Of a stretch of 56,669 nucleotides of DNA, positions 26,048 through 35,975 are shown in pieces; the first letter of the stretch is position 1, and each line of letters opens with the position of its first letter. The notes beneath the pieces were generated by a model. That model had not been told where the DNA came from. It did no database searches and saw only the letters and a program-made list of their open reading frames with translations. Origin of the DNA: a virus (taxonomy: Duplodnaviria > Caudoviricetes). The translations under genes and the position numbers were made by a program. The stretch spans positions 1 to 56,669 of IMG/VR virus record IMGVR_UViG_3300008113_000379. One strand, written 5' to 3'.

Positions 26048-26596
26048 TTATTTGCCCAAATAGGGTTCATAAATTTTTGTCAATTGTTTGATAGTGTGGT
26101 CTGTGCTTGCATCACTATGCTTGACCGCTATACCACCTGCTTCTGCCCAACTGTTCAAATAGTAATTATAATCATCTACCAACACATTGGCTTTACCGTT
26201 AATAGTAGCATATTTAAACTTGCGTTTAGTAAAGATAGCATCGTTGCTAGTACCTGGATTGTACTGGTCTAACCAATCACGTTTACCTTGTTTGCTGGCT
26301 TCCTGCTCATTACGTAGTGGGGCACTAAGTACAGTGAATGGTATCTTATTGTCATGCAACCATTTGATAATAATTTGTCCACCGGGTAGTGGATTAAGAT
26401 TACGAAACAGGTCGTAAACAGAATCATATCCTTTTAAACTTAGTCTAGTTATAGCTTCATCTTGATTCGGGATATTGTCCCAGTGTTCTACATTTTCTAA
26501 TTCTGCTACCCTATGAAACAGGTCTGCTTGTACTCCGTCCATATCTAAGTATAGGTGTGGCATTGGATTATTTATATCCATCTCTTTAATTTTCAT
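26048..26596 (-). CDS. HAD-family 5'(3')-deoxyribonucleotidase
   Basis: YLDMDGV.AD, LSAP, K..WL, LVDD. Confidence 0.85.
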   Translation of the reverse strand: MKIKEMDINNPMPHLYLDMDGVQADLFHRVAELENVEHWDNIPNQDEAITRLSLKGYDSVYDLFRNLNPLPGGQIIIKWLHDNKIPFTVLSAPLRNEQEASKQGKRDWLDQYNPGTSNDAIFTKRKFKYATINGKANVLVDDYNYYLNSWAEAGGIAVKHSDASTDHTIKQLTKIYEPYLGK

Positions 26597-26677
26597 ATTA
26601 ATATTTATCAACTCGTAGTCATTGCGATATGATTTTAAATAAATATGAGTATAATTACAACTATAAAGGAGTTAGAC

Positions 26678-27229
26678 ATGGCAGAAGTAAAAGCAGAGGC
26701 AAAACCTCTATCTCGCTCAGAACGAGAGGCACTTATCAAGGATAAGGCTGGTTGGGTAATCGTTGTATTTGCGGCCCTACTAGCAATCAACACATATATG
26801 GGCGGTAGCAACAGTAGTAAAGTATTAAACAATACCATTGAAGCTAATAACACCTGGAGCTTCTATCAAGCTAAAAGTATCAAAGGTACACTAGCAGAGA
26901 TGGCACGTGATGATGCCTCCGCAAAAGGCGACAGAGAAAAAGTTGCAAGACTACAGGCTAAAATTGACCGCTATGAATCTGATCCAGCATCAGGTGAAGG
27001 TAAGAAAGAGTTAATGGCTAAAGCACGTAAATTAGAAGATGACCGTGCAGTTGCTAAACAACGTAGTCCGTGGTATACATTTGGTGGCAGTTTATTCCAA
27101 ATTGCAATTGTATTATTATCAGCAAGTATCTTAGCAGTTAATAACTCACTATATAAAGGAAGTCTTTATGTAGGTGGTTTAGCTATCATACTTATGAGCC
27201 AAGCAATTTGGCTTTGGTTACCTATCTAA
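26678..27229 (+). CDS. DUF4337-like membrane protein
   Basis: TM + WSFYQAKSIK + coiled coil + LFQIAIVL.S; GGAG before ATG 26678 (alternative start 26645). Confidence 0.7.
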   Translation: MAEVKAEAKPLSRSEREALIKDKAGWVIVVFAALLAINTYMGGSNSSKVLNNTIEANNTWSFYQAKSIKGTLAEMARDDASAKGDREKVARLQAKIDRYESDPASGEGKKELMAKARKLEDDRAVAKQRSPWYTFGGSLFQIAIVLLSASILAVNNSLYKGSLYVGGLAIILMSQAIWLWLPI

Positions 27230-27230
27230 T

Positions 27231-27253
27231 GTGATACGGCTATGCCGTATCAC
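27231..27253 (+). promoter_or_regulatory. 10-bp intergenic hairpin just upstream of an RBS
   Basis: GTGATACGGC-TAT-GCCGTATCAC; no T-tract. Confidence 0.5.
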
Positions 27254-27267
27254 CCAAAGGAGTTAGT

Positions 27268-27888
27268 GTGGATCCGATAACCATTGGTCTGGCATTTGCG
27301 GCCGCACAGTCTGCGGTTGGGCATATAAAACAAGCCATATCCTTAGGTAAAGATATCAGCAGCCTCTATGGACAATTCAATAAATTTTTTGAATCTTCAG
27401 ATGCGATACATCGTGAACGAAGTAAAATAAAAGTCAAGGGTAGTCGTTTAGGAAAAACCGATGCAGAGTTAGGTCGTGAAGCTCTACAAATTGCCATGCA
27501 TAGTGATGCTTTGAGACAAGCAGAGCGTGACCTTAAAGATATGATTCTTTGGCAATTAGGAAAACCTGAATTGTGGGAACACATGATTAAGGAACGAACT
27601 AGACTGTTTAAGGAACGTGCAGAAGCCGAACGTGAAGAAGAAAAACGACAATTAGCACATAAAAAAAAGATGGCTAATGTGTTTATGACTGCTATGTATT
27701 TTCTAGCAGGGTCTGTCGTGGTGTTTGCACTTGCTATGGTTGGCATTGGCGTTTATGGCCAAATGGAAGAGAAAAGAATATATGAAGAAAAGGTTGCCAA
27801 GAGACTTCTAGTTATGCAACGCCAAGCCAAAGAACGTGCAGACAAAGAACAGAAAGAAAGAGAAACTTATGCTAAAGGATCTAATTAA
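27268..27888 (+). CDS. helical membrane-anchored protein (MDP-start family), paralog 1
   Basis: Amphipathic N-terminus MDPITIGLAFAAAQSAV, coiled coil, C-terminal TM. Confidence 0.7.
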   Translation: MDPITIGLAFAAAQSAVGHIKQAISLGKDISSLYGQFNKFFESSDAIHRERSKIKVKGSRLGKTDAELGREALQIAMHSDALRQAERDLKDMILWQLGKPELWEHMIKERTRLFKERAEAEREEEKRQLAHKKKMANVFMTAMYFLAGSVVVFALAMVGIGVYGQMEEKRIYEEKVAKRLLVMQRQAKERADKEQKERETYAKGSN

Positions 27889-28059
27889 ATGTTTGAATGG
27901 ATTATAGCATTAACTCTTGCTCAAGAACCTGCTAAAAAGTCACCTGAACGGGAATGTGTTCGATGGTCATGGACAGGAGATGTATATAATCGTAAAGTCG
28001 TTTGTATACAGTGGAGAAAGAAGGAGAACAAATGGATCCGTTCACCCTCTTTGCCTTAG
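27889..28059 (+). CDS. 56 aa protein with a Cys pair (not in ORF track)
   Basis: MFEWIIALTLA..CVRWSWTGDVYNRKVVCIQW. Confidence 0.55.
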   Translation: MFEWIIALTLAQEPAKKSPERECVRWSWTGDVYNRKVVCIQWRKKENKWIRSPSLP

Positions 28060-28889
28060 CTAACGGCGCGGTTGCAGCCGTAAAAAAGGGTTGCCAACTT
28101 TATAAGGATATCAAAAGTGCTGCCGGCGATGTAAAGGGAGTACTTAAAGACCTTGACGAACAATTTAGTAAGCTACACCCACCTGATAAACCTGCAACAG
28201 CAGAACAAAGAAATAACTTTGTTAAGAAAAAGAATGAAGTAATTGAATTAAACAAGAAGGCTAACTCAGGTGAGCATACAGGTGTATACCAAGAGATAGG
28301 AGAATTTTTAGGACAGTACTATGATAACTTTTATAAATGCATGGCTCTTTTTGATGAGGAAGAAAAACGTGCAAAAACAGAAGTATACACAGGTGATGCA
28401 AGTATAGGAAAACGTGCGTTACAACGTGTGTTAATGCGTAAGCAATTACAACAAATGGAAGTTGAGTTGCGTGAATTAATGGTGTATCAAAGTCCACCGG
28501 AATTAGGAGCACTCTACACCGAAGTAGAGGAGATGATGAAAGAAATAGGCAAAGAACAAAAAGTTCTTATTGCCAAAAAAGCAGAACAAGATGCTATCAA
28601 AGCATCCTATCGTAAAAAGAGAATGCAGAAATACTACTTTGAAATTGTATTCGGAATAAGTGTAGTTTTGTTAATATTAGTATTTAGTGGATTAATGATG
28701 TGGGTTGCACATGATGCACAAAAAAGATGGGGAGATTATCTCAATAGACCAAATAATTTTAGAGAACAATTAGAAGCTAAACGTAAACAAGAATGGTTTG
28801 AAAGACAGAAAAAATTAAAAGACTATGAAGATTTCTTAGAGGACAGGAGATTAAAGAAAGAAGCAGAAAAAAATGAATCCAGTAACTAA
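28032..28889 (+). CDS. helical membrane-anchored protein (MDP-start family), paralog 2
   Basis: MDPFTLFALANGAV; GGAG RBS; shares DA..G..ALQ..L.Q.E..L..M..Q..PE with paralog 1. Confidence 0.7.
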   Translation: MDPFTLFALANGAVAAVKKGCQLYKDIKSAAGDVKGVLKDLDEQFSKLHPPDKPATAEQRNNFVKKKNEVIELNKKANSGEHTGVYQEIGEFLGQYYDNFYKCMALFDEEEKRAKTEVYTGDASIGKRALQRVLMRKQLQQMEVELRELMVYQSPPELGALYTEVEEMMKEIGKEQKVLIAKKAEQDAIKASYRKKRMQKYYFEIVFGISVVLLILVFSGLMMWVAHDAQKRWGDYLNRPNNFREQLEAKRKQEWFERQKKLKDYEDFLEDRRLKKEAEKNESSN

Positions 28890-29208
28890 AACAATATTGA
28901 TAGTGGTTGGGTCTATGACTGGATTATTTTTATTTCCTATAATATTAGTATTGTTACATGATTATATTTACGCTATGATTGCGGTAACAACATCTGTCCT
29001 GTGTGTTTTGTTATTTGGTTATTATGCTTATAAAGACCTTCTTGTAGTAGTTATACGAAATAAACTAGAAGAAGATGAAATTGTGGCTCGTTTTAACGGT
29101 GATCCGGAAAAGATACGTTTTTACAAGGCATTTAAAAAATATTTTGATGGGGATGTAGATTTAGAAGGTTTAAAAAGATGGTTAATGAATCATCCAGTAA
29201 AACATTAA
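28873..29208 (+). CDS. membrane protein
   Basis: Two N-terminal TM segments. Confidence 0.6.
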   Translation: MNPVTKTILIVVGSMTGLFLFPIILVLLHDYIYAMIAVTTSVLCVLLFGYYAYKDLLVVVIRNKLEEDEIVARFNGDPEKIRFYKAFKKYFDGDVDLEGLKRWLMNHPVKH

Positions 29209-29348
29209 TGTCGTGTATATAAATACACCCCGTATAATGTACCACCTGCAATTACACCTATGAATAACAATAATACTAGGATGAATAGCCATACATTTTC
29301 AATGTCTTCCAATTGCTCTCTTAACTCATCAAGTATATGTCTGGGCAT
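29205..29348 (-). CDS. 47 aa membrane peptide (not in ORF track)
   Basis: MPRHILDELREQLEDIENVWLFILVLLLF...; TAAATA 5 nt upstream. Confidence 0.5.
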   Translation of the reverse strand: MPRHILDELREQLEDIENVWLFILVLLLFIGVIAGGTLYGVYLYTRH

Positions 29349-29410
29349 ATTAATATTTAGAATAAATACTATAGCCAATATAACATCATAAATATTATGT
29401 AGGAGATTAT

Positions 29411-29614
29411 ATGAGTACAGTAATAAACAATATCATTGATAGAATGAAAAATTTGAGAGAATTTGAAATTGAAGTTGAGATTCCAGAAGGCAAATCATTA
29501 CGTGGAGTAGTACCATTTGATACTACTATTAACAAGAATAAAGGTAAATTTAAAGTGTATGCTATCAGTAAAGAAGAGGCTGAGCAGAAAGTTAAAGAAT
29601 TTTTAGAGAGATAA
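29411..29614 (+). CDS. hypothetical protein
   Basis: TAAATA plus AGGAG upstream; terminator downstream. Confidence 0.7.
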   Translation: MSTVINNIIDRMKNLREFEIEVEIPEGKSLRGVVPFDTTINKNKGKFKVYAISKEEAEQKVKEFLER

Positions 29615-29618
29615 CATT

Positions 29619-29641
29619 AGCCCCGAAAGGGGCTTTTTTTT
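29619..29641 (+). terminator. rho-independent terminator
   Basis: AGCCCC-GAAA-GGGGCT followed by a T-run. Confidence 0.9.
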
Positions 29642-29652
29642 AGGAGAATAAT

Positions 29653-29832
29653 ATGAGTTGGTTTAAACACAGTCCCCCAAAATATCCCCCATCACAAAAA
29701 CATCTACCACATCATAGGCATAGTGCGGCCTCAGACAAATTCATGGAAGAAGCAAAAGAAGTGAGTAGACCTATAGGTTATAAAAAATCAAAGATTAAGG
29801 ACAAATTGCAACCAAAAACGCCCGGCACATAA
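29653..29832 (+). CDS. 59 aa basic protein (not in ORF track)
   Basis: AGGAG RBS; MSWFKHSPPKYPP... Confidence 0.5.
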   Translation: MSWFKHSPPKYPPSQKHLPHHRHSAASDKFMEEAKEVSRPIGYKKSKIKDKLQPKTPGT

Positions 29833-29841
29833 ATAACATAT

Positions 29842-32800
29842 ATGCCAAATCAATTAGAGTTTGATAACGTCAGTTTCGGTCGCGGCCTGGAGATACGAAT
29901 AACCAAAGTTCCTGACCCTCCTACAATTGGCGTGGCCACAAAGGATAATCGCAAGGCTACTATAGCGTTTACTGCGCCTGCAAGTGACGGCGGAGAAGTA
30001 ATAACAAGTTATACTGCTGTTTCAACACCGGGTAGTATAACATCAACAATAACTCAATCTGGGTCTGGATCAATAACACTTGTTGGGTTAACTAACGGAA
30101 CAGAATATACATTTCAAGTTTATGCAACTAATATTAACGGTAATAGTGAACTAAGTGATGCTAGTAATGCTGTAACTCCTAGCACAGTACCAAATCCACC
30201 TATTATAGGTAGTGTAACAAAAATAAGTAGTACAAGTGCTGTCGTAGCATTTACCGCACCGGCAGACAATGGTGGAAATACAATCGTATCTTATTCAGCA
30301 TTTAGTGCGCCACCTAGCACAGTTACCACAGTAAGTCAATCAGGTTCCGGTACTATTACAGTCACCGGATTAACTGGTGGACTTAGACAGTATCAAGTAT
30401 ATGCAACTAATAGTAATGGTAATAGTGGACCTAGTGATTTATCACAAGCAATAGTACCCGGTGATGCACCTGGCGCCCCAACTATAGGAGCCGCAACAGC
30501 AACTAGCGGAACTACTGCAACGGTTGCGTTTACTGCTCCTGCTAGTAGTGGTGGACAACCTATTACTAGTTATACAGCAACATCTTCACCTGAAGGTAAA
30601 ACAGGTACTTTAAGTCAAGCAGGATCAGGTACTATTACAGTAACAGGCTTAACTCCCGGCTCAGCCTATACTTTTACTGTGTCCGCTACATCATTAGCAG
30701 GTACAGGTACTAGTAGTTCAGCAAGCAATTCAGTTACGATGCCGGTAGGTCCCGGTGCACCTACAATTGGTACTGCAACTTTTGTAGTTGGGAGTAGAGC
30801 TACTGTCTCATACACTGCTCCTGCCAGTGACGGCGGATCTGCAATCACTAGTTATACTGCTGTATCAACACCGGGTAATATTACAGGAACAGTAAGCCAA
30901 ATAGGTTCAGGTACAATTACAGTTAATGGATTGGTACCGGGCACCACATATACCTTTGTAGTATACGCAACCAGTATTGCCGGTAATGGAGCCGTTAGTG
31001 AATCAAGTAATAGCATATTCATATTAGGCCCGCCGTCTCAACAAGATTTCCTTACTTCCGGAACATATACATGGGTATGTCCTGCAGGTGTTGATACTAT
31101 CTCAGTAGTAGCGATAGGAGGTGGTCAAACTGGAGAGGGAGGATCTTCTAATGGTGCTTTTGGTGGTGCAGGTGGTGCCTTAGCGTATAGAAACAATTAT
31201 GGAGTAACATCCGGATATTCATATACTGTTATAGTGGGTGCAGGAGGTATTGGTAGTGCAACCCTAGCTAGGCAATCTGGTAGTAATACTTCGATATCAC
31301 TTAGCGGAACTACAATTTGTCTAGCATCCGGCGGCGGCCAAACTAGTCCAGCAATAGCAGAACAAGTTTTCTATGCAGGTGGTGTAACAGGAACTAAGGG
31401 TTCAGGTGTTACTACAAACAATCCTGGTGGCGGCGGCGCTGGCGGATATGCAGGCGCCGGTGGCAACGGTGGCTATCTTGGAAGTGCCGCACAAAATGGC
31501 ACAGGTGGCAGTGGTGCAGGTGGACCTATAGGAACAAATTTTGGTGGCGCCGGCGGTGGCGGTGTTGGGGTTTTAGGACAGGGGTCAAATGGTGTCGCAC
31601 CATCAGGGGGAGGCAGCGGAGGTACTAGTGGTACTAATTCTTCTGTTAATTCGTATACAGGAGGTAGTGGTGGCAACTATGGCGCTGGTGGCGGTGGCGG
31701 TGGTTATAATCAATCTACATCTACACCAGGCAACAGTGGTAGTGGAGGAAACGGGGCATTACGTATAATATGGCCAGGATCTACTAGAACGTTTCCTAGT
31801 ACTGGTACAACGACTTTTACTGTACCAGGAGCTCCTACTATAGGGTCTGCTACATCTACTGGTACGACTACTGCTACAGTGGCATTTACACAACCTGCTA
31901 GTAACGGCGGGTCTACTATAGTTAGTTATACTGCTGTGTCTACACCTGGAAGTATAACAAGTACTTTAAGTCAAGCAGGATCAGGTACTATTACAGTAAC
32001 AGGATTAAGTCCAGGTACATCATATACATTTGTAGTATATGCTAGTAGTGCAGTGGGAGACGGTAGTAATAGTGCAGCCAGTAATAGTATAACTACTACT
32101 GCATTGATACCTAATGCACCAACAATTGGAAGTGCAGTAGCAACAGGAGCTACAACAGCATATGTTACATATACTGCACCTACATATAATGGTGGTGCAA
32201 CTATCACTAGTTATACCGCTGTGTCTACGCCCGGAAGTATAACAGGTACTTTAAGTCAAGCAGGCAGTGGATCTATAAATATAACCGGATTATCAAATAA
32301 CACTTCTTATACATTTGTAGTTTATGCTACTAATAGTGCAGGTAATAGTAGTAATAGTTCTGCAAGTAATAGTATAACTACTAATTTGCCTAATCCACCT
32401 ACTATAGGTTTAGCAACTCAAACAGGAGCTACAACTGCAACAGTAACATTTACTGCACCTATTCTTAATGGTGGCTCTACTATAATTAGTTATACTGCTG
32501 TATCAACACCAGGTAATATAACAGCCACATTAGTTCAAGCAGGTTCAGGTACTATTTCAGTAACTGGATTAACTAGTGCTACTGCTTATACATTTGTAGT
32601 GTATGCTACTAATGCAAATGGTAATAGTGTGAACAGTAGTGCAAGTAATTCTGTCACACCAACTACAACTCTCGGGCAACTAATAGCCTCCGGAGAATGG
32701 AATACATATGTAATTGATTATTTAGGTGTTATATATGGATGGGGGTTAAATAACCAAGGTGCAGGTGACCAATGGGGAGCAGTCGGAGACGGAACAACTA

Positions 32801-34470
32801 TTACTCGTTCAACACCCACACTAGTCGGTGGAAGTTTTACAACTATGTCTGGGGGTAATCAATTCGCACATGCTATTAAAACTGACGGTACACTATGGGG
32901 TTGGGGACAAAATAATTCAGGACAATTAGGTGACGGGACAACATCAAGGCGTAGTAGTCCAGTACAGATAGGTGCTAATAGTAACTGGGTTAGACTTGCA
33001 AATAGTGCAATATATATAGCAACTATGGGTGGCGCTATTAATAACTTAAGTCAATTGTTTGTTTGGGGATATACTGACTATGGAACATTTGGTAATAATG
33101 TCAATGTTCAGGCAAGAAGTAGTCCAGTTCAAGTACCAGGAAGTTGGACTCAAGCAATTTTGGGTTATGATATAGCTATAGGACTTAAGACTGATGGCAC
33201 AGTGTGGACCTGGGGCGCCGGCGGCGCAGGCCAGTTGGGTGACAATACAACAATTAACCGTAGTAGTCCTGTACAAATTATGTCAGGATCAAGTTTTACT
33301 GCGGTTGCAGCCAGAGGAGCCGGCTATGGTGCTATGGCCATTAGAACAGATGGAACTCTTTGGTCGTGGGGTTCTGGTACAGGTGGCAGTGTTGGCGATG
33401 GTACAACTATAAGTCGCAGTCAACCAGTACAAGTTGCAGGTAGTTGGACTACAATAGCCGCCGGCCAAGGCCTTAGTTTTGGAATTAAAACTGATGGTAC
33501 ATTGTGGGGATGGGGATTTAACAGTGGATATGGTATGTTAGGTGATGGAACAACAATTAATCGTAGTGCTCCTGTACAAATTGGATCTAACACTAATTGG
33601 CAATATGTCTCTGTTGCTAACAGTAACGGTGCCGCGGCAAGGACCAGTACTGGATTATTATATGTTTGGGGTAGAAGTGATGCTGGAACATACAATAGTT
33701 ATAGAATAGGTGACGGAGCCGGTGTTGCAAGAAGTAGCCCTGTACAAATTGGTTCTAGTTGGAATTCACCAGTGGTCAGTGTTTGGTCTGCTGATTTTAC
33801 TTCCCTAACCGGAAGTATATCCGTTGGTAGTAATGCGGCGCTGGCATTGACTTCAACATCTACGATTGAATTTTGGATTAGAATAGTTCCTGGAGCACAT
33901 GCTAACATCTATTCAGTATTAAGTGCTGGTAATGCATTTAATCCCTTTCAGTTTATATCAATATTAACCAATAATGCAATAGGGGTTGGCCCAGGATTTA
34001 CTCCAGTTGGTAGCGGCCTTACTTGTCAGACTACTTCCACATTGGTTGCAGATACATGGTATCATGTTGCATGTGTAATCAATGGTGGCACACTATCAAT
34101 TTATAGAAATGGTGTAGCACAAGGCTTAAGCGGAACAACTACTGGGTGGCAGGCTTCGCCAGTAACAACATCCATGAGTATAGGCAATTACGTAGGTGGT
34201 GGAAGTTTCCGTGTAAATGGTTATATAAGTAATTTACGAATCTTAAGCGGCACTGCATTGTATACAGGAACCTTTACTCCTAGCACTACTACATTGACAA
34301 TTTCTACCCCAGGATCAACTGGGGCTGGTGTAACAGGGACAGTCAGTAGTAGCACCGTAAAATTATTAGCCTTCACAACAAATACCGTAACAACTGATGG
34401 TTCTACTAATAGTTTAACCCTAACAACTGCAGGCACAGTTACTGCTACAAGTAGTGTAGTTCCTTTCTAA
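29842..34470 (+). CDS. large virion surface protein: 4xFN3 - Gly-rich - 3xFN3 - 7xRCC1 - LamG
   Basis: Seven P..PTIG..F/YTAP..GG..I.SY..YTF.V.A repeats; seven W.WG...G.GDG.....SPVQ repeats; IEFWI..TWYHVA..GYISNLRI. Confidence 0.85.
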   Translation: MPNQLEFDNVSFGRGLEIRITKVPDPPTIGVATKDNRKATIAFTAPASDGGEVITSYTAVSTPGSITSTITQSGSGSITLVGLTNGTEYTFQVYATNINGNSELSDASNAVTPSTVPNPPIIGSVTKISSTSAVVAFTAPADNGGNTIVSYSAFSAPPSTVTTVSQSGSGTITVTGLTGGLRQYQVYATNSNGNSGPSDLSQAIVPGDAPGAPTIGAATATSGTTATVAFTAPASSGGQPITSYTATSSPEGKTGTLSQAGSGTITVTGLTPGSAYTFTVSATSLAGTGTSSSASNSVTMPVGPGAPTIGTATFVVGSRATVSYTAPASDGGSAITSYTAVSTPGNITGTVSQIGSGTITVNGLVPGTTYTFVVYATSIAGNGAVSESSNSIFILGPPSQQDFLTSGTYTWVCPAGVDTISVVAIGGGQTGEGGSSNGAFGGAGGALAYRNNYGVTSGYSYTVIVGAGGIGSATLARQSGSNTSISLSGTTICLASGGGQTSPAIAEQVFYAGGVTGTKGSGVTTNNPGGGGAGGYAGAGGNGGYLGSAAQNGTGGSGAGGPIGTNFGGAGGGGVGVLGQGSNGVAPSGGGSGGTSGTNSSVNSYTGGSGGNYGAGGGGGGYNQSTSTPGNSGSGGNGALRIIWPGSTRTFPSTGTTTFTVPGAPTIGSATSTGTTTATVAFTQPASNGGSTIVSYTAVSTPGSITSTLSQAGSGTITVTGLSPGTSYTFVVYASSAVGDGSNSAASNSITTTALIPNAPTIGSAVATGATTAYVTYTAPTYNGGATITSYTAVSTPGSITGTLSQAGSGSINITGLSNNTSYTFVVYATNSAGNSSNSSASNSITTNLPNPPTIGLATQTGATTATVTFTAPILNGGSTIISYTAVSTPGNITATLVQAGSGTISVTGLTSATAYTFVVYATNANGNSVNSSASNSVTPTTTLGQLIASGEWNTYVIDYLGVIYGWGLNNQGAGDQWGAVGDGTTITRSTPTLVGGSFTTMSGGNQFAHAIKTDGTLWGWGQNNSGQLGDGTTSRRSSPVQIGANSNWVRLANSAIYIATMGGAINNLSQLFVWGYTDYGTFGNNVNVQARSSPVQVPGSWTQAILGYDIAIGLKTDGTVWTWGAGGAGQLGDNTTINRSSPVQIMSGSSFTAVAARGAGYGAMAIRTDGTLWSWGSGTGGSVGDGTTISRSQPVQVAGSWTTIAAGQGLSFGIKTDGTLWGWGFNSGYGMLGDGTTINRSAPVQIGSNTNWQYVSVANSNGAAARTSTGLLYVWGRSDAGTYNSYRIGDGAGVARSSPVQIGSSWNSPVVSVWSADFTSLTGSISVGSNAALALTSTSTIEFWIRIVPGAHANIYSVLSAGNAFNPFQFISILTNNAIGVGPGFTPVGSGLTCQTTSTLVADTWYHVACVINGGTLSIYRNGVAQGLSGTTTGWQASPVTTSMSIGNYVGGGSFRVNGYISNLRILSGTALYTGTFTPSTTTLTISTPGSTGAGVTGTVSSSTVKLLAFTTNTVTTDGSTNSLTLTTAGTVTATSSVVPF

Positions 34471-34488
34471 TGGATTAAATATTATACT

Positions 34489-34791
34489 ATGAATAATTAC
34501 CTATATATCTTGGTTTTAATACCAACATTAGCTTTTGCTGATCCACAAATTCTTACTTTTGATAGTTACTGTGATAAAACTGAAAACATTTTTAAAGCAT
34601 TGAGAGAGAGATTTAATGAAATGCCATATGTAACTGGCACAGCGGAAGACATGGCAAATAGTACCATGAGTATGTGGGTCAACCCAACAACCGGTACTTG
34701 GTCTATATTATCTACAAAAAATGCATTAACTTGTGTTATAGGAACAGGTGGAAAATTTAAACTGTTCCCTTATGATAAGTCTAACACTTAA
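34489..34791 (+). CDS. secreted hypothetical protein
   Basis: Signal peptide; N.TTGTWSI..CVIG.G. Confidence 0.65.
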   Translation: MNNYLYILVLIPTLAFADPQILTFDSYCDKTENIFKALRERFNEMPYVTGTAEDMANSTMSMWVNPTTGTWSILSTKNALTCVIGTGGKFKLFPYDKSNT

Positions 34792-35045
34792 CTTATTATT
34801 TTTCTACCCTTTGGTGTATAGTCAACGTCAATGACTGGAGAATAGTCATTACATATTTCATTACGCATTTCATCACCGTACTTTAGTGTGATGTAACTAG
34901 CAATTTTATCGACAAGATTTTCTTGTATGCCAATTCTTAGATAGTTGCCCCAAGAAACATGTTCATCAATAAATTTTTTAAGATTAATATCTTTTAAGAT
35001 ATCATCGAATTTGTTTGATTCACGGTAAAAAGTATAGTATTTCAT
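34788..35045 (-). CDS. hypothetical protein
   Basis: Coupled ORF. Confidence 0.6.
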   Translation of the reverse strand: MKYYTFYRESNKFDDILKDINLKKFIDEHVSWGNYLRIGIQENLVDKIASYITLKYGDEMRNEICNDYSPVIDVDYTPKGRKIIS

Positions 35046-35242
35046 TTTTTCCAAAGTATAAAGTTGATATAGTCTTTTTCTGATTCAAAGTAAAACGTAT
35101 ATTTGCCTGGATGAAATCCTGCCATATCTTTTAAATCATAACCCCAATCAGCAACACATTGAGTTTGACACCAATGCATGATGGGTGCAAGCTGGCCAAA
35201 CTTAATATCAATTTCAGTTTTGTACTGTGTATTGGGTGACAT
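35042..35242 (-). CDS. hypothetical protein
   Basis: WC..W..F.FESEKD..F.L motif. Confidence 0.6.
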   Translation of the reverse strand: MSPNTQYKTEIDIKFGQLAPIMHWCQTQCVADWGYDLKDMAGFHPGKYTFYFESEKDYINFILWKK

Positions 35243-35732
35243 TGACTCCACTCTTGTTTAAGAAATTTATACCATTATCGCTACGATAAGTGTTACGGTA
35301 TAGAACGTTGTTAATACCACTTTGGTATATAAGTTTGGCACAATCCAAACATGGAGCATGGGTAATAAACAAAGTAGCACCCACACCAGACTCGTTAGAC
35401 TTAGCAAGTTTCGCAATCGCATTTGTTTCAGCATGTAACACCTCTGGTTTAGTTTTTAACCCGTAACGGACGTTACGGTCTGCTTCTTTGTGCCACGATT
35501 CATAAGGATACATAGCATTAAATTCTTCGGGGTCTAGCCAGCCGCCTGCACCGGGATCCCAAACTCTATCTTCACAACTGTTATCCCAACCACTGGGCAT
35601 ACCATTGTATCCTATACTCATGATCCTGTCATCCTTTACAATGATAGCACCCACTTTCAATCGTATAGCATAACTTAATTGACTTGTGCGTTCAGCTACA
35701 TCCATGAAGTAATCAATAAATTTCTGTTTCAT
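35214..35732 (-). CDS. dCMP deaminase
   Basis: VGAIIVKD..IGYNG, HAE.NAI, PCLDC. Confidence 0.92.
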   Translation of the reverse strand: MKQKFIDYFMDVAERTSQLSYAIRLKVGAIIVKDDRIMSIGYNGMPSGWDNSCEDRVWDPGAGGWLDPEEFNAMYPYESWHKEADRNVRYGLKTKPEVLHAETNAIAKLAKSNESGVGATLFITHAPCLDCAKLIYQSGINNVLYRNTYRSDNGINFLNKSGVNVTQYTVQN

Positions 35733-35974
35733 TTAACGTATTTACAATATTCAATGTGTGTCATACAAACTGATTGTTCACTAAACATACTTAGTACTCT
35801 ATCTTTTATACCAAATCTTTTTTGAAAAGCCACTCCAAAACTTACACCTTTTAACTTTTCAAAAATGTACTCTTTACAGAATATCTCATATTCATCTTTA
35901 CTGATGTGTGTAAAATTATTATCTTTAAACGCATCGCTAGATAACGTAGTCACCATATGTCCAAATGCATTCAT
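35729..35974 (-). CDS. hypothetical protein
   Basis: Coupled ORF; start reassigned to ATG 35974. Confidence 0.55.
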   Translation of the reverse strand: MNAFGHMVTTLSSDAFKDNNFTHISKDEYEIFCKEYIFEKLKGVSFGVAFQKRFGIKDRVLSMFSEQSVCMTHIEYCKYVK

Positions 35975-35975
35975 A

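Noticed and set aside
29842-34470. Diversity-generating retroelement target, or a BLIP-II-type inhibitor of the phage PBP
   Set aside because: No reverse transcriptase or adenine-specific TR/VR pair seen; RCC1 repeats in this context are better explained as a virion adhesin module
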